From assembly GCF_001194135.2 (NCBI RefSeq), contig NC_068982.1, positions 20,446,889-20,494,080 of the forward strand: a stretch of DNA of 47,192 bases, written 5' to 3'. Below the pieces are notes generated by a model, which saw nothing but the letters and a program-made list of their open reading frames with translations, was not told where the DNA came from and searched no databases. Positions 1 through 12,002 of this stretch are shown in pieces (positions within the stretch are counted from its first letter, which is position 1; each line of letters opens with the position of its first letter). The DNA comes from Octopus bimaculoides. Its lineage: Eukaryota. The translations under genes were made by a program, and so were the position numbers.

Positions 1-39
<39 letters not shown>

Positions 40-90
40 TATATATATAGATATATACCCATATATATATATATATATATATACATATAT
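1..90. repeat. (TA)n microsatellite
   Basis: Direct reading. Confidence 0.95.
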
Positions 91-733
91 ATACATTAAG
101 AGACATCCGAGAGAAAATGAGATAATGCTTTTTGCTATTTGTTCTCAAAGCACATAATTCCTATAAATAATTGTATGTACATATTGGGTTCGAGACATTG
201 GCCGATATCATATTGATAGTAATGCCCATCTACATCGACAAGACCACAATACCAATTCATTGGCAGGTACAGTCGCCTGTTTTCTAAGACGTTTGCTTCC
301 CCATTGCTTGGCACTTTAAGTTGTCTGTCTGGGACCGATGAAAGGCCTTGGGAGATAATTTGTCATATATATCAGGGACGTGCCGCCAAGGTAGACAAGG
401 TAGGCAGTGTCTACCTTGAATAAAGTAGATCGATAAAAACATGTACTCTTTATGGCAACAGTTTCTTTTTTATGCATCTAATTCAATAAAATTATGAAGG
501 TTACTCTGATTACTATGCATAAAATGCAAAATATTAAATTCTTTTTGTAGATTAGGTTGGCATAATTTGCCCCTGCTTTTCAATCTCACTATTTAAGCCA
601 GGTAAAGTAATGTGATTGTATACGTGCTCTAAAGTCAGAAATAAATCAACAATCAACTCAGTCACATGCTTGAGTTTCGATTATGTTTTGTTTTAGTGCA
701 TAAAGATCAACAAATGCCTACCCTGAGTAATTA

Positions 734-1036
734 CTGATGTATATGTATGTATATATATAAATATTACCGATGTCACATGTTGGGTTTAAGCGATTATTGG
801 ATGTGAGAGACGTCCAAGGAAACGTCTATTTAAGACGTCGAAGCTTAACAAAATCTGATAGATTGAACCAGAAAAAATGAATCGGGCCTTAGGTGAACGA
901 GAAGCCAGTGAATATCGATATTTCACTTTCATATCAGTTCGTCAGCACCATACACAGGAGTCACGCCGAAACAATTTCGAAAGGCTCGCTTGAGGTATAT
1001 GTGCAGATAGAATGAAATAAATCTGCTGATGTATAT
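734..1036 (-). mobile_element. About 300-bp non-coding element carrying a hammerhead ribozyme (Penelope-LTR or retrozyme-like)
   Basis: Bounded by an 11-bp direct repeat CTGATGTATAT (734-744 and 1026-1036) and TA-rich runs; contains the hammerhead at 906-950. Element identity is inferred. Confidence 0.45.
906..950 (-). ncRNA. Minimal type I hammerhead ribozyme
   Basis: Minus strand reads UGGUG-CUGACGA-ACU(gauaugaa)AGU-GAAA-UAUCGAUAU-U-CACUG. Core boxes CUGANGA and GAAA are intact; stem II is 3 bp; stem III is the palindrome AUAUCGAUAU; cleavage triplet AUU; stem I is GUG/CAC plus two G-U pairs. Confidence 0.65.
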
Positions 1037-1043
1037 ATATATA

Positions 1044-1079
<36 letters not shown>

Positions 1080-1145
1080 GTTAATATAAACGGCTAGGTG
1101 GAATGCAATACCACTAAGAAAAAAATAAACATCACAATATATATG

Positions 1146-1332
1146 TAGGCGCAGGAGGGGTTCGTGGTAAATAGCTTGCTTACCAACAACATGGTTCCGG
1201 TTTTATCCCACTGCGTGACACCTTGGGCAAGTATCCTATACTATAGCTTCGGGCTGACCAAAGCCTTGTGAGAGGATTTCGTAAACGGAAACTAAAAGCA
1301 TCCCGTCGTATATATGACTGAAACAAATGAAT
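1146..1332 (+). mobile_element. tRNA-derived SINE family A (octopus CORE-like), internally deleted
   Basis: Head and body align with the copies at 37423-37560 and 44695-44850 (rc). Ends in GACTGAAACAAATGAA, identical to the family 3' terminus at 44208-44223 (rc). Confidence 0.85.
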
Positions 1333-1350
1333 ATATATGTATATATTATT

Positions 1351-1574
1351 TTTCTTATTGCTCATAGGGGGCTAAACATAGAGGGGACAAACAAGGACAG
1401 ACAAAGGGATTAAGTCGATTACATCGAGCCCAGTGCGTAACTGGCACTTATTTAATCGACTCCTAAAGGATGAAAGGCACAGTCGACCTCGGCATAAATT
1501 GAACTCAGAACGTAAAGGCAGACGAAATACCTCTAGTCATTTCGCCCGGCTTGCTAACGATTCTGCCACCTGAC
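1351..1574 (-). mobile_element. tRNA-derived SINE family B (Meta-domain-like)
   Basis: Reverse complement has head GGCAGAATCGTTAGCAAGCCGGGCGAAATG and central GCCTTTCATCCTTTAGGAGTCGATTAAATAAGTGCCAG, matching the plus-strand copies at 12003 and 42865. Confidence 0.85.
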
Positions 1575-1578
1575 CGTC

Positions 1579-1579
<1 letters not shown>

Positions 1580-1637
<58 letters not shown>

Positions 1638-1652
1638 CGCGCGTGCGTGTGT
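1580..1652. repeat. (TG)n/(CG)n compound microsatellite
   Basis: Direct reading. Confidence 0.95.
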
Positions 1653-2200
1653 ATAAAGGGAGAAGAGAAGGAGAAATAACGAAAAAAGAAGGTCATATGC
1701 GCATATACGCGCAGATAATAACAACCATTCAGACTTCACTAACAAATTATTTTCCTCCTTATACTCAACAAAAGCATGCTCACACACGTGCATACGGAAA
1801 CAGACAATAAATACACACGCAAAACATGCAAAGACTGAGACACATACACAGAAACGCACACATACAATTATACAATCATTATTGACATAAAGGCAAGCAT
1901 CACACATTATATTCAAAATATATACTTACTCATTGTAAACTTGTTGTATGCTTAAACTTATAAGCCCTAATTGATATAGACAGTAATTCAATAAATTTCA
2001 ATCATATTCACGAGTTTGAGGTAAAATAATTAGTTACAAGAGTATCTGAATGTATTTTTCTCAGCACATAATTTATTTACATCTTCAAAAACCAATCATG
2101 CTGTACGATTGCATATATCTGCAGGTGCCTTTCACGCACACGCACAGGCACGTGCGCGAACAAACATGCATCATCGTATATTTTTTTTAGTATTATTTTA

Positions 2201-2459
2201 TTCTTTTACTTGTTTCAGTCATTTGACTGCGGCCATGATGGGAGACCGCCTTAGAGGATCATAATCGAAGAAATCGACCTTAGGACGTATATTTTCTAAA
2301 CCTAATACTTATTCTCTCAGTATCTTTTACCGAACCGCTGAGTCATGGGAACGTAAACAGCGACGTCGCTTGTCAAGCGATGTTGGAGAGGGTGGGAAGC
2401 AAAAACGCGAAGACACACACACACGCACATTGGGACTGCCATGTTGGCTTGGCGATAAC

Positions 2460-2460
<1 letters not shown>
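2201..2460 (-). mobile_element. SINE family A 3' half with head remnant
   Basis: TTCTTTTACTTGTTTCAGTCATTTGACTGCGGCCATG...CGAACCGCTGAG...TTGTCAAGCGATG aligns with 44203-44390 and 25243-25420. Confidence 0.8.
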
Positions 2461-2490
<30 letters not shown>

Positions 2491-2500
2491 NNNNNNNNNN

Positions 2501-2695
2501 CTGGGTACAGGACATTGCAAACAAAACGTAGACGAGAAAACACACAAGCCACATAGAGAACATTCTTCTTCATCAGCTACCTCCGTTTTAACACCGGCGT
2601 TTCGAGGAGCTGGGCTGGACGCATCGCTAAAACGCCTCTTCCCATGGACCGCAAATTAAATTTGTATACACAAATTAAACCTTGCCATGGAGGAA
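2501..2695. mobile_element. (TA)n-associated interspersed repeat that truncates the adjacent LINE
   Basis: Resembles a recalled Octopus repeat (GAGAACATTC..CTTCATCAGCT..GCGTTTCGA); directly follows a TA run and gap. No second copy in the window. Confidence 0.35.
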
Positions 2696-2697
2696 TA

Positions 2698-4227
2698 TAT
2701 ATTCAAATGTAGCATTTTCGCTGCGTTATCGTATCGCCACATCTTCTAGTGGTTTGAGAAAAGTCTAGGGCATTCGTTCATGATATGGGCAATAGTTTCA
2801 GCTATTCTATTACAGTTGCGGCACAGCGGAGTTGACACTCTAACTCGTGGCCAAAGCTTGGTCTTGCGCTACCAGTACAGTGCTCTCACTCTCTTTTATC
2901 ACTGTTCCTTTCTTCAGTTAACCCCAACTGTTTTCCAAAAGCTTCTATTATGTCTACATGGAATTGATTGCGTTGTCCCTTGTTGCATAATGCTTCTTCA
3001 TGTTCTTCTTGTAATTCTACCTTTGTGTTTCCTCTTTTTTTCTTTGCTGTCAACACTCTTTCGTTTCTGACACTAGCAAGGTTTTCTTACTTATTAAGCT
3101 CTTGGGTTTGATACGCACACAGTCTTCCACACTTATCAGTCGCCTTCCTCCATTTGTTCTCTTCATGTATAGGTGAGTAGTATCTGCACGAGGTTGATGG
3201 TCTCCATACATCCTTAGGAGCGTTCTTGTCTTCCTGTCCAACTAAGTCAGCTCCTTCTCTGACCACTTCAGGATTCCAGCACCATACCAAACTACTGGGC
3301 GCAAGATATTGCCGAAATTACATTTCTGGTATTCTGCTTTGAAGCCAGTATTTTCTTCAGTCACCGCAGGTATTCTTTCTTTATCTTTTTCTTCATATTG
3401 TTGCGTTTATTTCCAAGTATTTATAACCGGATTCAGGTTCAATTGCCTTCATCATTTCACCACTTGGAATACATATTCTTTCTGTTCTGACAAGCTTTAC
3501 TGTCAGCACATTTTGGAAGTCCAAACTCCATATTAATATCATTCGAGAAAATCCACACAGACAGGACCAGGCTGTCCAATTCTGCCTAAAGTTCTGTGAA
3601 CAACTTCAATTCATCTATGAATAGCATGTGGTTAAATTCTCCCTTACGTCTTCACGGATCATCCAACAACTTTGTCTTCTGTAATATTTCACTCAAGGGG
3701 ATTATTCCCAGCACAAAGAACAGAGGGGAAGATTCTTCTTTTTATTTTCACCTCTCCTGATAACTGATTCCCTGCTGTAAATTCAGTTCATACTGTTGTT
3801 GTCAGTCGTGGTAGCTCTGTGAAATATGTTAGGTTATCTTCTAATCTTTGGTTGGCTCAATAGAACTTCTAGGTGTCAACTCCGATATTGTTATTTTTGT
3901 ATGACTGCCACAACTGATTTGCTCCTGCCGCGACTGTCATTTGTCTACATGATGGACGCATTTTTGACATTATCATTGCAATTTCCGGGGCGTAGAGATC
4001 CTGATATTTTCCCACTTGATTTCTATAACCACCAAATGATCGCAAATTTACGGCTGTTGGTTTAGCCGCTGACGTTACTATGACACTATATAGGGGAGCA
4101 GGCGTGTTGGGTATAATAATACAGGCTGTTGGATTGGACGGGTAGTAGACAAGGCTGCTGGTAAGTTATGAGTGGGAGGGAACTGAGTTCTGAGAGGAGT
4201 AGGAACATGGAGAAGGAATGGCTCATC
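2698..4227 (-). mobile_element. R4/Dong-like non-LTR retrotransposon remnant (RT plus CCHC), internally deleted
   Basis: Minus-strand motifs in the expected order: GEVKIKRRIF, NHMLFIDELKL (3601-3633, degenerate FMDD), MEFGLPKC (3508-3531), MDRKTRTLLRMYGDHQPRADTTHLYMKRTNGGRRLISVEDCV (ORF 3050-3241), AQDQAL (2852-2869), CRNCNRIAETIAHIMNEC (2770-2823), RYDNAAKMLH. Stops and frameshifts present. The portion 3790-4227 is less certain. Confidence 0.9.

Positions 4228-4309
<82 letters not shown>
4228..4309. repeat. (TAT)n microsatellite at the LINE 5' junction
   Basis: Direct reading. Confidence 0.95.
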
Positions 4310-4491
4310 CATTAGCATAATTATCATTATCATGAATATTATTCAGTAGTCATAATTTTATCATGTACTTTCACTGGACTACCGTGCGCAGCTCTGTATG
4401 TCTTAGGTATGTGCTGTGATTTGTTGTGGTGCTCTTATTTTCATTGTATTGAAAGTGTTTTACGTAAGATGTGTGCGGTGCCTAGTAGTGC

Positions 4492-4525
<34 letters not shown>

Positions 4526-4944
4526 GAGTGAGAGAGCAGTGCATGCCATCAAAGTGACACTGGTGTACAAATATACGAAGCTAAGTTTACCCATCATGAC
4601 TACCCGTCTGATAAGGGTACACCAAGCACATACATCGCAAACATATGTGCGCGACATGGTGATCTCATATCTAGATAAACAGCATATGACCTCGCAGGTG
4701 GGGCTCAGTTAGAATCTTTTTCAGGTCGAGTAACCCATCCCGTTCAAAATTGTCCCTGAATAAGTTTTGTTTAAGGATGTTGAGCAAAACACCCATGTTT
4801 CCAAAGGTGAATTATTCAAACTCTAAAGAATTCCTTTGAACACATGGCTATGATGCTCCCCCGCTACTTCTGCTCATGATCAGAGATGCACATGTCGTCA
4901 GCCACCAAGGGACATGCTCAAATTGATATGGTCAAACATCCGAC
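4526..4944 (-). mobile_element. Non-coding interspersed repeat embedded between (TAT)n and (TAC)n/(TAT)n
   Basis: Sharp composition change at both microsatellite borders; minus strand ends ...CTCTCACTC-(AAT)n. Matches a common Octopus repeat as recalled. Confidence 0.65.
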
Positions 4945-4946
4945 AT

Positions 4947-5008
<62 letters not shown>

Positions 5009-5019
5009 TTATTATTATT
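4945..5019. repeat. (TAC)n-(TAT)n compound microsatellite
   Basis: Direct reading. Confidence 0.95.
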
Positions 5020-7047
5020 TTCATTATTATTAAAACAGCTTGAATCAGCTCTATGCAACTGAAACTTTCGTAGGCTCTCTACATGAACGTAGCTCGTCGA
5101 GTTCAATCGTTCGAATAGAGGGGTGGTAAGAAGTCTAAGATGGCTTCTGGAAACTGGGCTGCTATTAGTCAAAGTCGGTTATATGGTATCGTTAGAATTA
5201 TAGTGACATCAAATCCTCTTGAATTTCTTGGATTACATTGGTTGAAATTCCAATCTGAAATCTACATATTGAAAGTTAAGTTAGAGGTGCATTACTCTTC
5301 ATACAAATGAAAGAAGCGTAATCCTGCAAACCTTGTGTCTTTTATAAGGGCTACGCTTTTAGTTTGCCTTAAACCGTTGGTTACGTCATTGGGACAACAC
5401 AACGTATGACTAGAAAAAATAATTTGAACATATATGATGCACATGAACTCGATTTGAATGCATATTACATAAGTAGATGTCGTCGTATTATTTCTATCAA
5501 TAATTTATACTCAATCCTTGTTCTATTATGATACAACTCTCAACATACTTGAAAAGCGAACTCATTTTCTATGCGAAAACGGCCAAAACGCAAGGCTAGC
5601 ACGTCACACATTTAGGAGGAATACGACAAATATTCCACCTACATGGAATATTTAGGTGGAATATATCGCTTACAGTGCTAGTATTGCTTTTCTAAATTTT
5701 CGTTTAAGTATCATAAATAGAACGTTCATAATGTAAAATATTTCCGATTAATTTTACTACAATGCATATATTTTATTGGAAAAAAAAAAAACATCTTCTC
5801 TTACTACTTGCAATATAGTTCCATTAGGAATTGACACTTTGCATTTGGTGCTGATTTGAAGACGTAAACCAGAAAATAATGCCGCGAAATGTTGTATATA
5901 TAATTAAGCTTGATAAGAAACAAAATTACCTGAAAAACTTTAAAATCGATGTAGACAACTCATAAACGGTAATATCGGAGTCAATTTAGTTGTTAACCTC
6001 TAACTCTATTACAGTGCTAATGTTTCGAGGGCTAGTGTATTGTGAACTAAATTCCAACCAACCAATTTCATAATAACAGTGATTTTATTCGTTTCTTTCA
6101 AATGAAATGTAATTTACTCTTATGAAATCTTTAAACCTCGAATAACTGCATTAAATCAGCCACCTTACTATTATATTAATATTAAAGGTATTACATGAAA
6201 CATGCGAATTATAACTGTGCTCTCCATTTATTTATTTAAAATAATTCCAGTTTAATCTAAATATACATGATTACTTGTATATGCTTTCTAATATTCAGTA
6301 TATTCTCAATGCAAGACTAGATATCTTTCATACTTCATAGTTTTCATACTTCACTATCTAAATTCTAAATATAATCCTATATGTTATATAATATATGAAA
6401 TGTCTTTGAGACACTTAAACCTCTTGTATAGTATTAGCGTCTAGAAAATCTAAAAACAAAATTGTCGTCAATAAAATATGTCAAAACGTTGAGATATATT
6501 TCGACAAATATGAAAATAACACGGAGTATTAAATGTTAGATTAAAGCATCTACATTGCGTAGAATCGTTCCAATTTTATGGTAACATCAAATTTTATGAT
6601 ACTAGATAAAATATTTGTAGTATCAGTCGCTAATAGCACACAAAAAAAATGTTATATGATAGTCAAAGCTGTAATTCTAACTCAAAAGAAAATACATTTC
6701 CCAGCAAAAGATGGTTAATCGCAAGAACTAACGTGCAAAAGAATTATATTTCACACATCGTTGGAAAATATAAGATATTCAACTTGAAACTTATTTGAAC
6801 TTAAAAGAATGATCCTGTCAATGATTGGTATTTCTATTCTAAGGAAAAGGATATGTGGATCTTACGGAGATATTTTGAGTAGTCTCAGAAGATGCTACAT
6901 AAATTAAGACGTCCTGCATTCCAAATTTTAGATAACATTTGTTGAGTTCCGTTGTCTCACTTTAACTAGGTGTTATAATACATGGGCCGATGTATGACTA
7001 GCGCGATTCTACAGTCTTTACGTTTGAAAATGGCGGCACACGTGTTT

Positions 7048-7719
7048 CACATTTGTCATTTGGTGCTAATTTATTTCCGGGAAGGAAGTTGTAAGAACAG
7101 CAAAACTAATACGTTCAGCTTATGGAGACTTTTGCATACCCAAGAAAACTGTTCTTAAATGATTTGTTAGGCTACGGTGTGAAAATTCTGACCTGGAGCA
7201 TCATAGAAGTTCAGGTACGGCTACAGTCGCTGATGGAGACTAAATCAAAATAATAATGAGAAATAATCCAGGTCACACGACACGAGGCAACACAGACATT
7301 ATCCACATATCTTTTGTGGAAAGACATTTTGTATGACGAGCTCATTCTGCAAAATTAGACGTCGAATTCAGACCATTGTTGTTCCTATTTAGACTAATTA
7401 AAAGAAGTAATCGATGTCAAACATCCAGCATTGTGAAACGTTATATCGTATGTTTCCCTGCATAAATGTGTTTGTCTTGGCTGGGTTGTCCTATCATAAC
7501 CATCATAATTACCTGACCTTGCACCTTCAGATGTCTATTTCGATCCCTACAAAATTCTCTGAACGGAAAAAAAACTCGTATTCGTTTGAAAACTGTAAAC
7601 AGCAGTAAAACCGGTTAATGACCCAGAAAGATGCAAGGTTATAGAACGTTTGTATCATGGCGCTAATTCAAAGATTACGGCAGGTAGTGACACAAAATGG
7701 AATATATATGGTTGAATAA
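7048..7719 (+). mobile_element. mariner (DD34D-type) transposase remnant, internally deleted
   Basis: Translated fragments HICHLVLIYFREG, ENSDLEHHRSSGTATVADGD*IKIIMRNNPGHTTRG (HTH region), GWVVLS*PS*LPDLAPSD (7512-7532), FRSLQNSLNGK and QRLRQVVTQNGIYMVE*. No TIRs found. Confidence 0.85.
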
Positions 7720-7849
7720 AGTTATGTACAAATAACTCGATATTGTTTTTGAATTTTGCTTACGAATGGTATATGAACAAAGAAAAGGTAGAAAATGCGC
7801 TAAATATTTTAAATTTTATATTTCTTATTATTCTGCGTATTTCATGAAA

Positions 7850-8770
7850 TATATATCTTTATAGTTTCTATGCTGTACCGTTGCAGAATTCTTACAGCGA
7901 TGGAATACGGATGCTGCATAGTTTGGTAAGATATGTTCCCGACAATTCTCTGTATGCTGTCCCAAGAAAATTCTCCTTGTATATAATTTGTTCCCTGATG
8001 TATTGAGGGTATAACCACTCCTTTAATTTTAGTTGGTTCGTCTATTGACTGTATGATCTGCACTTAATGAATGCGGTTATAGAGTGGTCGATATCTTTAT
8101 TTTAGGGAAGTCACTTGTCTCTTTTTTGTTGTTGTTAGATGTTTTATCAAACTTAATTTTAATGTTTAGATCCTGTAATTGCTAAGTGTATACAAATGCT
8201 GGAGTATATTTCGGCGTTCTTTGCGTTAAAAGTTGAAATATATCAAAACATCTCAGTTTTAGTTGTGTTTTGTATCACAGATCTCTCCGATATTATTTAT
8301 CTTGCTTTTTGTATTCTTCTTGATCACATATATATGTTATTTCACTTTGACAAGTTGATTTTCCCTCTTTCATGCTTTCGACCTCCTGTTGAAGGTATGG
8401 AAATTGTGCAGATTCGTTTGGCTAATTCGAATGAAATTTTAGTTCGAGTGTTTTCTGTAACATAATGCAAAGCACATTTCGTGAGTAGGTGTTTATATGA
8501 TATCTCTTTCTATAGCTGTGTTCCTGTTTGTTATTATGTATATCTAAAAAGGAGAATTTATTGTTACGGAAGTCAATACTCAGTTAAATTTGAAGGGTTG
8601 TGTTATTGATGTGATTTTGAAATGGGTTTAATTCGTCAAGATTTTTTTTACTCCAGACAATGAAACAGTCCTCTTGTTCTCTTTCATCTCCAAATAATTG
8701 CGAAAGTTTTTCATTGATTCTCAGTGCATGTTTTGTCTTCGCGCAATTATAAATACGAGTCAATACTATT
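7850..8770 (-). mobile_element. Penelope-like element remnant (RT thumb, possible GIY-YIG remnant)
   Basis: Minus strand: EDCFIVWSKKNLDELNPFQNHINNTTLQI*LSIDFRNNKFSFLDI (8540-8676), IERDII*TPTH and KISFELAKRICTI (8402-8428), matching the PLE motifs DDCFIIW..FLDI..TDIYYKPT..LARRICTI. The GIY-YIG part is only faint. Confidence 0.75.
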
Positions 8771-11756
8771 GTTATATTAAAAGTAAAGAAAGTTTGAATG
8801 TAACGTTTACGTTAACGAAATGATAAATGTTAGAGTTGTTTAGAAAATGTGTCAGCGTATATAGTGACATTCAGCCTTTAGATATTTGGAAATATATTTC
8901 AAATAAATCTTCTACGTCGAGAAAAAAACACAAAAACCCTTGAGCATACTAGCACATATGTGATGTTAAAAGCTGCTACGATTATTGGGTTATAGAACAG
9001 TTTTAGAGGCTTATTGAAAGTTGACAAATTTCGAAGAACATTATTGTCTAGTCGGCAGAAACAAAAATTCAACCAAATTGAATGAATTCAAGAGGAAGTC
9101 ATATGAAAGTTATCTTTATAGAAAAAACAACAGGTGTAGAAAATATCTAACGGATATCTAATGGTGAGATAATTATTCCTATTAATTTAGATGCTAAGGC
9201 CATAGATGATCAGCGAAAGATTAATGAGAAATCTGAATGCGCAAGGGAAATTATATTTATAGGAACTATGATATCTGGAATTCGTTGGTAGCTTAATACG
9301 TCTGCCAGTGTAAGATGCATATAGCGTGTAATCGTAAATTCCATATTAAAGTTATAGAAAGGAGACAAGAAACGGATTAATGTTTATCAAGCGATGATAC
9401 TTCGCTGGTTAATTAGTGGAATAATGTTAGTTATATATTTGTGTTTTTTTCTTTTATCCGAAAACAACTTGCAAATATATGTACTACGAACCTGTTGAAA
9501 GTCCCACATATCGTACACTAGCAAGCTTAAGGTGTTGTCAGGAGAGAATGCACGTCGAAAATGTTGTAATATTATTCTTTCATTTTGTTACTGTCTTCTT
9601 TATCTGGACGTGGTCCATGGCTTTCATCAACAATTCATATAGCTCTGAGCGTAATGCATAAGCTAGATAAAGCCACAACATATTCAAATTTGTTTTGTTC
9701 TGTTTAGCATCCTGGATCGCTTTCCGAAATGAGAAGAATTGATCAACACATTTAGAAATACCAGTGATCCTAACCTTTGTAGTTATGTTACTCTTCTTTT
9801 TGCGAGAATACCAATATAAACATGGTCGTGCATATTTAATAAGGATATTGGACTAAGCTGATTTATAATCTCTGCTAGACCTCTGGTTAGTATACGCCTT
9901 CTGCCTTACACCAATCTTCCTCTTGAGCCTCTTCACGCCAAGGCTTCCTGAGCAGGTCTTGTTGCAGACGATCGCAATAAGTATGTATCTGATATGCGCC
10001 ACCATCAAGAAAGCAGTTAGCTTCGGATAACGGATACTTTAATAAAATCATTACAATATGAAGACTATATCACGATGGAAATTATATTTGAATCATTGGA
10101 TCTAAAATAAAAAATAATCACACACGCAAGACTATCAGAGCATTTCTTTTGTAATACATTGCGCTTAAAAAATGCTACTTCTTTCATGGGATAATTGGTA
10201 GCACAGATACCGCAGAAATTCGTTTTCACATTAACCTACCCAGTTACTTTTCCACTTCATATACATGAAAACAAAATACGTTTCATAATATAACGTCTTT
10301 ATGAATAAAACTTAAATACCTATAGTTTAAATGTTTTCAAGTTATATTCAATTTCAGTTACTTACATTTACCCTTAATGATCACTATTAATGCACATTTA
10401 ACATTGTTAGTATCTGAGATATCACTTTAAGTTAAGAAACCAACAGATCATATACCTTAAGTAGAAAGCTGAATGAAATGTCATGGCAGTATAGAGAACC
10501 AAACAACCAGTAAGGCAGTATGTCCTTTGGTATGCATTCTTTCAAAGCGTAGCAAAGATTTACAATGAAGAGGGACTCTTATACTGGATTTTGGTGCAAA
10601 ATTCATTTTTTCTTGTATTGACAAAGGAAGTACGAAATCACGTGATCTGGTGATTTGGTGGTCTCGTTGCTGGATATGAGCAAACGTTTCTCTTGTGATA
10701 TCTCCGTAGTAAAGTTTGTTGTAACAGAACATCTACGTTTATGTGGGGATAAATATTATCACACGGTATTAATACTGCTATTGTCGATTTGGTTCTCTAG
10801 GCGCTGGAGGTAGCTGGGATCTGTTCTCTACCGCTGGTGACATAAGCTAGAGAGCATTTTGTACCAAAGACTTATATGAGACTTTCATCTCATGGTTTCT
10901 ACCATAGTACAGTTTGTTCTAAAAAAACAGCTACGTTTAAGTGAGGATAAATAAACATTATGGTATTTTTTCTAGGAAAACTTAAAAGTATCTGTGGTAT
11001 ATAAAAGATTTCCACTAAAACTTCAGTGTTAATAACAATAGATAATTTCACATCTTTCTACATCCATTTTATTTCCCCTTTATTGTATTTGTTTAATGGC
11101 ATATATCGTCCGATAGATAATTTATGACTTTTGAAATCGAAATTCGACTGGTTACTCTGATATTACTGATGGGGGCTAAATGCAACAACACTAAATTACA
11201 GATGGGGGCAGATGTTTTTTAGATGTAACGATTCAAAATTATGAAATGACTTTGAAAACATCAAAATATATCAAAACATATTTTTATATTAATGATAAAT
11301 GCCATATGTGTAATTCTGAGATATAGGATCGAATGCAACATAATATATATTCTTTAAATACACGTTCATACCTATTGCATGTTTGCCAACATTTCTTAAT
11401 ATTTTGGTTGGTACATCTAATATTGAAGGATATTTTGAGATTTGTCGATACCATTATTCACTAAATATGACTTCTTAACGTGAATCCATTTTAAAATAAA
11501 ATTTAAGATCCCAGAAAAATAATGCATATTTATATAAACCTGGATTCTTTTTGCTGTATCTCGTCGCTGTTACTGATATTCTTACTTGTAACGAAGTATG
11601 TAAGCAAGCTAGAATTTTTGTAATAACACGCATGACTATCATCACTCTCGGCGCAGAAATGACATAAAAAATCGTACTTTCAAAGTTACCAACATATTTA
11701 TAATTATATAATTTGCATTTCACAAGTTCTTCCATCATTTTCCATTATAATGCATA

Positions 11757-11990
11757 CGTGGTGGTATCAAAAAGTTTCCAGACTAGTTTTGTAACCTGCC
11801 AAAAGATGGCAGCACACGGTTGCGTGTGCAGTGACAGCTAACAGTGGCTTTCATGAGGCAATGTGTCGAATGATATCGCTGTGTTTACTTTGCAAGTTGT
11901 GAAATTTGTGTTGTTGTGATCACGTGTATGATCTAGTCTCGTACGAATATATACAGACACGTATTTCTTCACTAAAGACACAATTTCTTA
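11757..11990 (+). mobile_element. mariner-type element left end (orphan TIR)
   Basis: TA|CGTGGTGGTATCAAAAAGTTTCCAGACTAG resembles mariner TIRs, including the MITE at 38715. No matching right end seen; a SINE follows. Confidence 0.55.
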
Positions 11991-12002
11991 AAAACCTTTC
12001 AA

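Noticed and set aside
373-725. 11-bp hairpin CAAGGTAGACA/TGTCTACCTTG (387-418) with CAGGG..CCCTG possible termini
   Set aside because: The hairpin is real, but the match between ends is only 5 bp with no target-site duplication, and a Helitron reading needs the atypical CTGA end. Too weak to call.
2565-2605. GAAAC...CTGATGA on minus as a type II or permuted hammerhead
   Set aside because: No stem I can form between the boxes and stem II pairing is poor.
4895-4901. CTGACGA on minus in the microsatellite-embedded element
   Set aside because: No downstream GAAA closing a stem II.
10480-10930. GC-richer block suggesting an old transposon
   Set aside because: No recognisable motif in any frame I translated.
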